Of a stretch of DNA of 64,000 nt, positions 11,803 through 24,560 are shown piece after piece; the stretch's first letter is position 1; every line of letters starts with the position of its first letter. Position numbers and translations under genes: made by a program. A model generated the notes under the pieces. It ran no database searches and was not told the DNA's origin. It saw only the letters and a list, made by a program, of their open reading frames with translations. Source of the DNA: Antedon mediterranea (Eukaryota > Animalia > Echinodermata); NCBI RefSeq assembly GCF_964355755.1, contig NC_092676.1, positions 25,066,871 through 25,130,870 on the forward strand, in the 5' to 3' direction.

Positions 11803-12159
11803 TAAGCAAAAGTTAACACATTGGTACATATGGCACTAAGCATTGTCATTTATATATATGTGTATTTTTTTATATTTTATTTTATTTTCAAAAAAGCTAT
11901 ACATTAGAAAACATTTAAAAAAACAAACATACATGTTTCACTATTCATAAACAAAGAATTTAACAGAAATTACAAATAATTGAAGGGATTGGCCCCAATC
12001 AAATTATTTGTTTACATTGCAATTTATTTATTAGATAACAAAATATTTAACAATATTTCTTTTCAGGTTTATTGTTTATTATTATTTTGTATTTTATTAT
12101 AAATCTGTATTATCCACACGCTATGATGGTGAATTATGGTTTCTCATGCTATGGGAATA

Positions 12160-12316
12160 CTGTTGCAGCATCGGAATACCGTTGCAACATCGGAATACCG
12201 TTGCAACATCGGAATACCGTTGCAACATCGGAATACCGTTCACCATCGGAATACCGTTGCAACATCGGAATACCATTTCACCATTGGAATAAAGTTTAAC
12301 TATCGGAATACCGTTT
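12160..12316. repeat. 19-bp minisatellite in the 3' UTR of Kazal gene A
   Basis: CATCGGAATACCGTTGCAA about 7 times; a paralogous array lies at 24295-24383. Confidence 0.85.
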
Positions 12317-12476
12317 TAAAAAAATGATTGTATTTTGTAGTACTGCGTATTCTCTTCTCGAATCTTGATATATCATTTTGGTTAAAATTAAAGAATATCC
12401 ATAAAAGTTCGAATTAATCATTTTAAAGTAAAGTCTTTTTCATTTTAAAACTTTGAACCACTTCACAGTGCCATCT

Positions 12477-15400
12477 TCAAGGATCTATTGGACCTGAAAA
12501 TATTAGAAATAATACCATAATTAATACAGTTATTAGGATAGCGTAGGCCTATGTACAAAATAAGTATAGTATCAGGGAAATTCCACTCTTCCCTGGAAGT
12601 ATTATGGAACACTAAAATACATATTAAACCCCTTTTTTCTCCTTTTCCATGCCACCTAGATTGTTTTAGATCTAGTTTAAGTAGGGCAGGAGGCGCCTGA
12701 GTCTGGGATGACCGAGACACAACTGGTGCTGACCGGGGTTCAATTAGACCGATCCCTGGTTAGGGGGTTTGTTGGGCATGGTTGGAATCCCTTTTATCGT
12801 ATTAGTGTACAACGTTTACAGGTTTCACAACATTAGATGCTATATAATCCAAGATTATTATAACAACAGGTACAAAACGGGAATTTAGGAGACTGCGGTA
12901 TAACAATGATCGAAAGAAAATTTACACCAACGTACTGGAACACACCAGTCATTATTACCGTTGAGAGAGTCATATATACATTGGCACCATTTAAGCTTAC
13001 CTTCAGTAATAGTTTCTGAAGTTGCACAAGGTCCAAATGTCTCAATATCCAGTTCGAAGTCTCTAAGGAGACAGGCTTCTCGTTTCAGTTCACATGCCGA
13101 AGGGTATGTTACACCATCTGTTCCGCAAACCGGGTGTTCTGTTCCGTGGTGTGGCCTTCGTCCACCCTGGTGTGGTCTACCATGGTGTGAACCACCGTGG
13201 TGTCGTCCACCGTGGTGTCGTCCACCGTGGTGTGAACCACCATGGTGTCGTCTACCGTCTTCTTGTTCACCGCCTTCTGGTCTACCGAGTCCTTCTGGTT
13301 TACCGCTATTTGGTCTACCACGGTTTTCTTGTCCACCGCGTCCTTCTGGTTTACCGTGGCCTTTTGGTTTACCGCTATTTGGTCTACCACGGTTTTCTTG
13401 TCCACCGCGTCCTTCTGGTTTACCGTGGCCTTTTGGTTTACCACTATTTGGTCTACCACGGTTTTCTTGTCCACCGCGTCCTTCTGGTTTACCGTGGCCT
13501 TTTGGTTTACCGCTATCTGATCTACCGCCATCAAAGGAAAATGGACATTTTACACAATACTTTTCTGGATCACCTAAGAAAAAATACAATGCTAGTTAGT
13601 TTGCTAGACAAGATAAAACACATTACATGCACAGCAATAAAGAAAACAAGCTACAATATTATGACCTTTGATCCGGAAGCTTTTAACATCTATTGATATA
13701 CCATCTTGTAATTAATGTGTGCTACTGTATAAATACCAATTGTATAATGTCCATTCAGTTTATAAACAATACGGTAGGCCTACAGTGTCAGCTACGATTA
13801 GTCTCCATGGTAGATAATTTCACATAAATAAATTATCTATTTTTATATAAATGTTGGGGTTTGTCATACTACAGGTCCATACACACCACAATGCAACAAA
13901 AACAGAGGTTATTTAACAATTTTAAAAAAAGTTTCCAAAAAAATATATATTATCCAGAATAAGAAAGTCGTTTTAGCAGACTAAACAATCCAATTTGATG
14001 AAAAGCAATATAAAAATACCTTGATCTTCTGTACATTCTCCTCTCTTTGCAATAGTTAAGAAAAAATCTAAACATCTTGCTCTTTTGAATTCGCATCGAT
14101 TGTAGGTGACGTTGTCGCTGCCACAGATTAATACATCGTCTATATCAGCAGTACGATTTTCACATTCCTCAAACTGCATCTCACAAAACTCTTGCCTCTT
14201 TTCAGGATCTGGATTGAAGCCTGCGAGAAAAAAAGGCCATTCTTTTGATGAAAAGGGTACGCAGCTCGCTCCGAAATGTGTTTTTGGTTGTAAATATTAT
14301 GGACAGCGCGCCTTTTCCTGGAACGCCATTCCAAACTCAATCAGGAAAGATGAATTGGTCACCACTTCAACTCCCACCTAATTATTCATTACTAATCGTT
14401 TGCTTTTATAATACAATTTTCTGTTGATTGTTCAGCGCTTAAGCTTGGTTCCCACTAGCGATGCAACGTAACGCAACCTACGCAACATAAGAAAATGCTC
14501 TTCCAATAATTGTGTTAGCCCCCGCCTGCGTGATATCAAACCTGCGACTTTTGCAACACCGTTGTGTCGTCGGTTCCCACTTGTGATTACGCAATAGATC
14601 ACTTTGCGTCAATGCGTCGCTGCGTTGCGTTCTAATGGGAACCACGCTTAAAGCTTGGTTCCCACTAGAACGTAACGAAAGGACGTCAACGCAACGCAAG
14701 CGTTTTAACTAATGACAAGCGAAGTTATAGACGGTTAGCAATCACAAGCGAATAAGCCATTGCTTGTGATTGGTCAATTCACTTGCGTTGCGTTACGTCC
14801 TTGTGTTGCGTCGCTAGTGGGAACCACGCTTTAGAGACGCCCTGCATTTTACGCTATTAAATTTAACATTATTATTAATATTTGTAAACTATAATTTAAC
14901 AACATTTTGTGAAGTGTATCACTGTGGTAAATTGTTAGTAGCTTAAACAACAAATAAGATGAGGTCAAACTTACCTTCTCCACAATCACCAGGGTGTTCA
15001 ACAGCAAGATCTCTATCTTCAGTTTCGCATTTAACAGCCAATAATTCGCAAACTGTTGAGTATGTTATATTATCTGTTCCGCATACAGTCTTATTCAATT
15101 TTGGTGTACAGTTTTCACTCATGTTACACACTACACTTATGTTTAATCTTGCTAAATCTAAATGAAAAAAAATTTGTAAAAATAACACTGTATTTCGTAC
15201 AAAGGTATTAGTACAGTTTACAGAAAGATTTGTGGAAATTAGTATATCTAAATTCTTTCCCCAGACCTAAACATAGACTAGTCCTACCTAGCACCGGGCA
15301 AGTATAATGTATTTTTATAACATACCTGGTCGACGTCCATGTGGTCGGTGTTCATGTGGTCGGTTTTCATGTGGTCCGCGTCCATGTGGTCCGCGTCTAT

Positions 15401-16752
15401 GTGGTCCGTGTCCATGTGGTGGTTTACGTCCATCTAGATAAGAAAAAAGAATATATTACAGAATCATTCTCTTGAAACAAATACATAATATAGCATTTCT
15501 TAAATTGAACGTATATAGGCCAGACGAAAAAAGACAAAACGTATATTAGGACTTAATTATTTATTAGGCAAACCATGACTTACCTGGTTTGCCATTAAAC
15601 TCTTGTACAGATGGGCGTTGTCCGCCAAAGTCAGGTATTCCAGCACCGGATGGACGTTGTCTTTTTCCGTTAAAGTCTGGCCTTCCACCAGGAGTTCGCC
15701 TTCCACCAGGAGTTTGCCTTCCACCAGGAGTTTGCCCTCCACCAGGAGTTGGCCTAGCACAATCTTCAGAGCCACATGCACAAGGATAGTCAAACTCTAC
15801 AGTCGAGTCATCTCCATAACATTTCACTTTCAGTAATTCACAGTAATTTGAATATGTGTTTCCATCTGTGCCACAGACTTCTCTTTCCAATGGTGGACAT
15901 GATCCGTCCTCTGGTATCCTGTCGCAACTCAGTTCTAAAATATGAAAATGTGTCCAGTAAATAGGGTTGTTTGTTGACTTATAATATTGTATATGGAAAT
16001 ATTGTTATTATTATTAATCATTCAACAATGAACATATAATGTATCATCTTCAAATAGGGCTAAATTCGTTATTATTTGTTTTTGCATTATGAAGGCCACG
16101 ACAGACCGTACATTAATTGAGGGCGCTTTACTTATTTTCAACCAACTTCATTCATTCATACGTTCAATCATTTATTCATCAACCACATTTATTACTAAGT
16201 TTGCACTGTATTCCAAACTACTGTAACGTACAGAAATGGAATTTCACAAAATAGCTCAAAATCTTGGGTATACTGTATACGATAAACATTGCACACATGA
16301 GAATGACATCCATTTTTAACAGCAAATTGTGCTTTCAGATAGATATATTGGATGTATTGTCAAAGATAGGTATTTGTGTAGCCCTTTTTGGATAATAATT
16401 TTAAAGATACTACATTTTATACTATTGCATTTTACTCATTTAAATTAGATCATCATGCTGGTTTCTATATCAACAACTAAATTAGCTTAACACGTCGTCC
16501 CCCAGCACCACCGGGACCTTTCCCACCTAGAAAACTTCCGGCAGCACCACCGGGACCTTTTCCATCTGGAAAACGTCTTCCGGCACCACCTGTACCTTGT
16601 TCACCTGGACCTCTTCCGCCTTGAAAACGTCCGCCAGCACCACCGGGACCTTTTCCACCTGTAAAACGCCCACCACCACCACCACGTCCCGGTCCCCGGG
16701 CATCGAGCACTGATGCGCACACCAAGACCAGTAGCATTACAATTTTCATCAT
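12477..16752 (-). CDS. Secreted multi-Kazal (4 domains) Gly/Arg/His-rich repeat protein, paralog A
   Basis: Exons 16752-~16493 (signal MMKIVMLLVLVCASVLDA plus Gly-rich; donor uncertain), 15934-15584, 15433-15326 (PHGR repeats), 15157-14975, 14220-14020, 13573-13001 and 12493-12477 (GPIDP*). Kazal motifs VCGTDGNTYSNYC, VCGTDNITYSTVC, ICGSDNVTYNRC and VCGTDGVTYPSAC. GT-AG sites, phase 1. Confidence 0.85.
14439..14832. mobile_element. Two adjacent MITE family 2 elements in an intron
   Basis: AAGCTTGGTTCCCACTAG...TAATGGGAACCACGCTT followed by AAGCTTGGTTCCCACTAG...CTAGTGGGAACCACGCTT, with TAA/TTA flanks (PIF/Harbinger-like). Confidence 0.85.
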
Positions 16753-17004
16753 GTTTTCTGGAAATAAAAAAGTATTACAATAAATATATCAATCAACGTT
16801 AAAACATGGAGTTAAAAACTCCGTGATGTATTCTAAACTTAATGAAAAACCAGATGATAAGAAAAGGAATGCACATGTTGCATATTTTTTATAATTCATG
16901 AAAATAAACAGTAGACTGAGTTCCGTGGATATTGTTAATGTCCACGCAATTTAGCATGCACAATAATATACAGTATACTACAATAATTACAAGTATAAAA
17001 ATTA

Positions 17005-17352
17005 AAGTTCTATTGAGAGGCCTATATAAGTTCTATTGAGAGGCCTATATAAGTTCTATTGAGAGGTCTATATAAGTTCTATTGAGAGGCCTATATAAGT
17101 TCTATTGAGAGGCCTATATAAGTTCTATTGAGAGGCCTATATAAGTTCTATTGAGAGGCCTATATAAGTTCTATTGAGAGGCCTATATAAGTTCTATTGA
17201 GAGGCCTATATAAGTTCTATTGAGAGGCCTATATAAGTTCTATTGAGAGGGCTATATAAGTTCTATTGAGAGGCCTATATAAGTTATATTGAGAGGCCTA
17301 TATAAGTTCTATTGAGAGGCCTATAAGTTCTATTGAGAGGCCTATATAAGTT
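17005..17352. repeat. 23-bp minisatellite in the first intron of gene A
   Basis: AAGTTCTATTGAGAGGCCTATAT about 15 times. Confidence 0.95.
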
Positions 17353-17890
17353 TAATATTTCGCCAAAAAAAAAATTATTTATCTAGTAATAAATCCTAGT
17401 AAAGAAAGTTTAATCAGAATCGCTATCGGTTCAACAATACGTTTAAACTTGTTGTTGATACACTATTATAATAGGTCGTTTCTACTAAAAACATGTTACG
17501 AGAATAGATGATCCAATTTAAATAGGCCTAAAGATCTAGACGTTGAATCTCATCTTACGAAAACGTTACACATACAGTAACATGACTTTCAATAAACTGT
17601 AACTCCCAAAAAAATATATATTAAAAAAATAGATTTGGTTCCAAATATGTCACTCTAATAGTTACAAACAAGGTATAAACAATATAAAACAAAAACTTTT
17701 GTTCAAAATTTGTAACGCACTATAACTTTAAATAAAGTACGAACCATACTTTGTTCCAATAGGCCTATGCCTATGCCTATGCCTATGCCAATCAGTCTCA
17801 ATTACAAAAATGGTTACAACCAACTGTAGAGAACACAAACTAAAAATTTAAATAAAGTTTAAACAATATAAAACAAAAATAAAAACTTAC

Positions 17891-18110
17891 TTGTTCCAAA
17901 CTTGCTTTGAAGAAAAATGTTCAAGATGTGTTAGATTTGAGCTTCCAGCTCCAGAATGACAAGTTACGGAGCCGGTGTCTCTTTTTAAACATTTCAAGCA
18001 ACAATGAAAACAGACGGAAGTGAGGTCATCGAAGTTTAAGACCTGCGCATGTGACGCATAGGTCAGGGACATGTAACCAATAAATGCACGTTCAACGCCT
18101 ACGTCATAGC
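17891..18110 (-). promoter_or_regulatory. Core promoter and non-coding exon 1 of Kazal gene A
   Basis: On minus: TTTAAAAAG (17989-17981), Inr TCATTC (A at 17957), donor AA|GTAAGT at 17891. CCAAT ~18078 and ACGTCA ~18100. Conserved at 31032-31255. Confidence 0.7.
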
Positions 18111-18639
18111 CTTGGAAAGTTTTGTACAGTATTAAGTTTCTTATCTAAATTTATAATTGCATTAGCTGTACTTGACGAGGAACCGAGTTGGTAACAGATT
18201 TGAATTTTGAAACAAAACAAAAAACATATTTATATCTTAGATTTAACTATCATATATTAAATAAGCGATACATTCTTTAATTGTTATCCAATATGATTTC
18301 ATTTACAATATTTTTAACTGACCTTGTTTTAAAAACTCATACAGGAAAATAATGAAAACTATCAAAAAGAAAGTGAGGGTTCATTATGGATAAAATCGGA
18401 AGTTATATTCGGCTATGGATCGACAAAGTTCACTCATATACAGGAAAATAATCAACACTTATAAGTATCAAAAAGAACGTGAGGGTTCATTTGAAATAAT
18501 ATCGGAAGTATTCGATTACTTGGCTCAACAAAGTGTAATTACATCATCATCGCCCACTCAACTAATTTAATTATCTTATTCCTCCAAATAAGGAATTGTT
18601 ATCTTTAATTTAACTGAAATCTGCATGAAAAAGTGTATT

Positions 18640-19000
18640 AATCATTTAACAACACTCATATATCATATATCCCACATGTTACCAGAATTTGGAACAACTT
18701 ACCCGGTGAAATTCTTGCAACTGTGATATTTCTGTTCTATTCTTTTAAAACCAAATTATTAAATTATCTCAATATATTTATTTTTTAAATATTTTTGATA
18801 TTGAAAATGTGTGTAGTTGGATGCTTTCTTGTAGATGATAAAATTGTAGAACGTAATTGTGTTTGTTTGTTTATTTCTGTGCTCTGTTCTGGGTTGACCA
18901 ACTAGCATAGGTGTTTAGCACCTGGTTGGTCTTTCCATGCCTTTTATATTTGTTTGTCTTCTTTGTGTATTGTATATGGCAGAAAATTGAATAAATAAAT
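18640..19000 (+). mobile_element. Degenerate LINE (CR1/L2-like) 3' end
   Basis: PRIWNNLP...SFKTKLL-like remnant followed by a GT-rich tail and AATAAATAAA. Confidence 0.5.
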
Positions 19001-19551
19001 CTTGGTTATGACTATCAAACTTTATGTGATATGTCCATATATGGACATATGATGTCATATCACTACCATATTTGGGTATATAACTAGTTTGATAGTGTAG
19101 ACAGGGCTTAAGGTAATGTTTTAATCATCTAAACAACTTTTTATACAGACCTTTTTTGTATTTTGTATTTCAATTTCATTTAATGTATCTTTCTTTTCTT
19201 TTTTTTCTACTTATTCTCTATACATAAATGCCTAATATTTACCACAGAATCGTGGATAGTGTAGACAAAGCTTTAACGTATGATGCGACTCCTAAATCGG
19301 AGGAAATGTATTGGATATTTATCCATAAAAAAAACTGGTTAGGGGACTTATACTAAACAAACAAATATTTTCCACAAACTGCTTTGTACATCATAGTCTA
19401 TTACATGTACATGTACATATAGTTGCTTCTTCATTTACAAACTTGAGTTCTGTTGCTAAAGTTTTCTCTACTCACTCACTGAGGACGATCAAAGCAAGGA
19501 GTTGTAAAATAATATTTTACAACTCCCTGATCAAGGCCTACAACAACAGTA

Positions 19552-19732
19552 AAGCTTGGTTCCCACTAGAACGTAACGCAAGGACGTAAACGCAACGCAA
19601 GCGTTTTAACCAATAACAAGCGAAGTTATAGACAGTTAGCAATCACAAGCGAATAAGCCATCGCTTGTGATTGGTCAATTCACTTTCATTGCGTTTACGT
19701 CCTTGCGTTACGTTCTAGTGGGAACCAAGCTT
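19552..19732. mobile_element. MITE family 2, intact copy
   Basis: TIR AAGCTTGGTTCCCACTAGAACGTAACGCAAGGACGTAAACGCAA with a matching inverted end. Confidence 0.9.
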
Positions 19733-21749
19733 TACTTTCACTACCACGTGATGTGCCGCAAACTTTATATCAACATATTGATTTCGCCATGCAAACCTTC
19801 AAACAATTTAAACTTGAGATTATTTCGCGATTTGTTAAGCGTTTTTAAGAAACTTATCACATCTTTCAGGGCTTTTGCCTTCATTCTCTGAAACATATTT
19901 TTATAATTCTGTACAATCCTGTTTCTTGTTTTCCTATGTATTCAGATTTTGTAAATAAATGTTTATTGAATTGAATCTAAAACAAGAACGTGCATTTATT
20001 TACGCACGTTCCATGCATCACGTCACATCCCACGCGTTAATACAACGGGTTAGATTTTGTTGACAAGTCCTTGAGAGGTCAAGAGTATACATCGCACCCC
20101 CCGGGAACAGAGTGATTAGTGATACAAGGCATTTAAACTAACGCTTCGTCTTGGCTTTATTGTATCCGGGTTTGATTGTCACGAGTTTGAAAACTGTTCC
20201 AATTATACTGTGAACCCTCGAAAGTTGTTGTTGTTGAACTTTTTCTTCTGAAGGGTCTGTAACTCACTTTGCAAGGAAAGTGGGTACTTGTGATTGGTCT
20301 ATAGTTAGGCTACTAATACTTCAGTCCATTAAATAAACAAAAAAGTATTTTATAAAAAATCATTCTAGAATAGAATTGGGGGATTGTACTAATTAAGATT
20401 GTTTAAGAGTGTGTTTCACCTGTTATGGAAAATATCATACGCTGACGCCAACCACATCATAGGTGGTGGATTACATAACCAAACATTCCAGTTGTTGTAA
20501 ATGTAACCCCATTAAATGTAACCTTCGTATTAAAGCGTATTAGTATTAATTATACAATCGCTCAACGAATGGGTTCTTCTTCATGATTGCAGATGTTGAG
20601 CCTACACGTCATGCATGTACATTTTTTTATATTTAAAACAAGAAAAATGTTACTGTATCAAAGTATAGTGTTCGTAGTAGGCCTAAAGGTCCGCTGTACA
20701 CACATTTCCATCATTGACAGACTGATACTCTAATATTAGTCTACTCTATTTAGCAGCAATGCACATATCCCACCATGGGTAATCTCTATCCGCCAAGTAA
20801 CACTAAATAAGACACAGATGAGAAAAGTAGGCCAACATAATTAATTAAAACATCTGATAGTTAACGATCCTACTTCTTGGACGCAACGCGGGTGACGCAA
20901 ACGCATCGCAAGCAATTTGATGACCTTGATCATCCGCCTGATAATTGGTCTACTGATTTCGTTGCGCCCACACGTCGTTGCGTCCGAGTCGAGTGGGAAC
21001 CAAACACGAGTACACACGAAATAAACATCAGTAACAGTAAACATGATGTTTAGACCAGCTTTTAAACAAATGATGTGATATTGCATTTATGACAATGTGG
21101 TTTCATTGCATGCAGGCCTTACACAATTCGTTTCTTTTCAACAGGTTTTACAATAAACATATACAGTACTAACAATGACATTTTGGTGAAAAAAAATGGG
21201 CCTAGTATTGTTTTGATAAGATCATCCGATATGATTTATTATCCAAGCTTGTGACTTGTAATAATAGCCTAATAGTGCTTTCACGTGATGTTATTAGGCT
21301 AGTCTTTCTTTCCTGAAATACCATCGATGATCGAATACACGAATCATTTCCTAAGCCTCGATTCACACACACACATATTTTGCATCGCAGTTCATAAACA
21401 TGTATATAAGTATATAAGTTTAAAAAAATTAAGTATATAAGTTTAAAAAAATTAAAGATTAACCATAACCAGTCACATATTCGCATGACCGATTGTATAA
21501 AAAGACATTTAGAGTTTTTTTAAATTTGTTAGATATTCGTATTGAAAAAAAAATAGTGCATTCACGTGATGTTATTAGGCTATTCCTCCTTTCCTGAAAA
21601 ATACAATCGATGATCGAATACACGAATCATTTCCTAAGCCTCGATTCACACGGTTCACATCATTTGCAGCGTGGTTTATAAACATGTAGGCCTACCGTAA
21701 ATATTCTAATTGTAACCCTGGGTTATTATCCTTTGATTGTTTTTTTAGG

Positions 21750-21868
21750 ATGGGTTACTATTAGAAAGGGGTTACTATTAGAAAGGGGTTACTATTAGAA
21801 AGGGGTTACTATTAGAAAGGGGTTACTATTAGAAGGGGGTTACTATTAGAGTAGTGGGTTACTATTAC
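21750..21868. repeat. 17-bp minisatellite
   Basis: GGGGTTACTATTAGAAA about 6-7 times. Confidence 0.85.
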
Positions 21869-24560
21869 AAATCTTAAATTAGGCACCTGAAAACAGTAAC
21901 CCAGCCCAACTTTTCCGGTCAGCAAATCATAGCAAAATAATAAAACAGTACGAATAGGCCTAAACAAATTTGTTTTATAAACTTAAAAACACACAATCTC
22001 ACTCAAGAAATCAACATGCATTATCTCCTTATTTTCAAAATACGGCTGTCAGAAACGACCAGTCTTCATAAATGTCATTTTGTCAATAGTTTTTGTGACT
22101 CTAATAATATTAACGCCATGGGTTACTATACGTATTAGAGTAACGGGTTATTATTATAGATTGACTTATAAGGTGGGTTACTATTAGTGGGGTTACTATT
22201 AGAGTGTGGGTTTATAAGTCGCAATAAAAAAACAATTGAGAGTACTTTAAAGAGTGTATATATCGGTGTTCATTGCAATCACGAGATTCGTGGGCGTGTG
22301 ATACAGGGGTCTTATAATAATTCAATAATTGATTTATAAATCCTAATTACATCCGAAGGCCTACCGGTATTTAACTTTGCCAGTTGGGCCTTTGGTCAAA
22401 CAATTAGGTAGACCATAGGTCCTCATCCATGGGTAGGTAGACTACACATCTTTCATACGAACATAGAGAAATTATTTCTCCATGATACGGCGGCCAAAGC
22501 ATTGTGTCATCGGGCGAGATGTAATTATACATTCTTATAATAAATGTAAGATAGAAAATTCGTCTTCTTCTAATTAACTCCCTAACTCCTGGTAATTTAC
22601 ATAGTACAATGCTAATTGTAACTCCCTAGATTCCTGGTAATTTACATAGTACAATGCTAATTGTAACTCCCTAGATTCCTGGTAATTTACATAGTACATA
22701 GGACAATTATAACTTTCTAGACTCTTGGTATATGCATTTATTTACATAGTACTGTATATAGGCCTATATAGGCCAATTTTTATAAACTTCGTATAGGAAA
22801 TTCACCAACATTGTGATTTATGTAAATTTGAGGCTTTTTTCTTAAAGATGTATTGTCCCCCTGAAAAATATTTTAAAACAAATATTTGTTGAATATGCCA
22901 TTTTAATGCCACATAATAGTTATTCACGTTGACCAAAATATTAGATCTAAACAAAATTTATTTACCTGAAAAAAACTGTAATTTAAAGCAAAAAAAGGTC
23001 AAATTGGCTGCCAGCAGTCAATGGATTTTTGGTTGAATTTAACCATTCATTATGTTATTTTAGTAGTGTTTTTTCCTACGGAAGTGATTAACTTTATTAA
23101 AACTAGAAAATAACTTATTCAAAATCTGATTTAATTAATCTTCATTTTTCATGTTTTTTATTTTAGAATAAAGAACTTGTCAAGATTTTAGCCTACAAAC
23201 CACGAAGTAATTAAGGAAGACAAAGGGAGGAGGCCTACACCAAACAACCTCACTTTTATGATACAGTACTTTAGGGATATAAATCCAAATGGACGATGAG
23301 GAAAAATAAGTTGATAATAAGAAACATTAATCAAAATAATTAAACCGAGGAATTTGATTATTAAATTTAGATTCAGAGATGCATTATAATAATAAACACT
23401 TTGGTGTGCATCAATGACTTACGAAAATCTCAACAAAAAAATCCGTAAAAGCAACAGCTGATATAAACTTGTAGTTTAAAATTTGCAAAACGTTTGACGT
23501 TTTTCTGAATTGTATAATAATAAAGAAATTGTCAAATGTAGAGTTGGACATTCAACTTATATATGAAGATTTATACAGTATCTTATAGAACGGAAGACTT
23601 GAAAAGTATAGTTATCAAATAAATACAGATGAAAACGACAAAGTACCAATACGTCTTTGGTGTAATTGGTTTTTTTTTTATCAAAACAGTGTTCTCCTGA
23701 AGCAGGTGCCACCAAGATTTGCCAGACAAAATTGATTCCAACCGGTATAAAACTGTACATAAAACCAACACCAATTAGTGGTAGGTTAGGCCTGTCATTA
23801 AAAACATAGACCAAGAGCAATCGAAGAAATTGGATAGACAAAGTATAATATTATTTGACTTCTTTGTATTTAGTAGATTAGTTATATTATAGTACAGTTT
23901 ATCAATAATTCGGTATTTTCTTAATTTTCAGGACTTCATTTCTATATTAGGAGAACACTGGAAAATCACAAAAGGCCATCCTCTCTAATCAAATATCAAT
24001 AATCAAATAATAAGTTGAATATTACAATACTTTTTGCAAGTTGATATTTAATTATTGAGAGACAGACATTATTAAAAACTTGAAATTATTGACAAGAACA
24101 AAAGCATTTCTTTTTGTATATTTTTATTTTCCAAAAAAAACCACTATAACAAAGATTAAAGAAACAAACATACATTTTCACAATTTTAGAAACAAGCAAA
24201 TTCAACTAAAATCACAATTAATGGCAACTAATCAAACCCTTATTATGTGTTTACATTGCAATCTATTCATTAGATAACAAAACATTTAATACTAACGGAA
24301 TACCGTTTCACCATCGGAATACCGTTTCACCATCGGAATACCGTTTCACCATCGGAATACCGTTTCAACATCGGAATACTGTTTTCTGCATTACTGTATT
24401 GTGAGTGTATTTTGTAGTACGTCTGTATTATTTCTTGCCAGTGAGTACAATTATTACAATACTATTGAGGTGCATGGAAATATTGGGGTACATAGTGAGT
24501 AATACATATTAAAGATTAACTGTAAAAGTTCAGAAATCGTTCACTGTGACATCCACTGGT

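Noticed and set aside
12961-13696. Overlapping ORFs (PPWC repeats, VYR/VHR repeats, and others)
   Set aside because: Antisense and alternative-frame shadows of the repetitive Kazal exon; only the minus Gly/Arg frame has splice sites and a paralog.
16805-16825. CATGGAGTTAAAAACTCCGTG mini-palindrome as a P footprint
   Set aside because: Termini fit but no flanking 7-bp duplication is visible.
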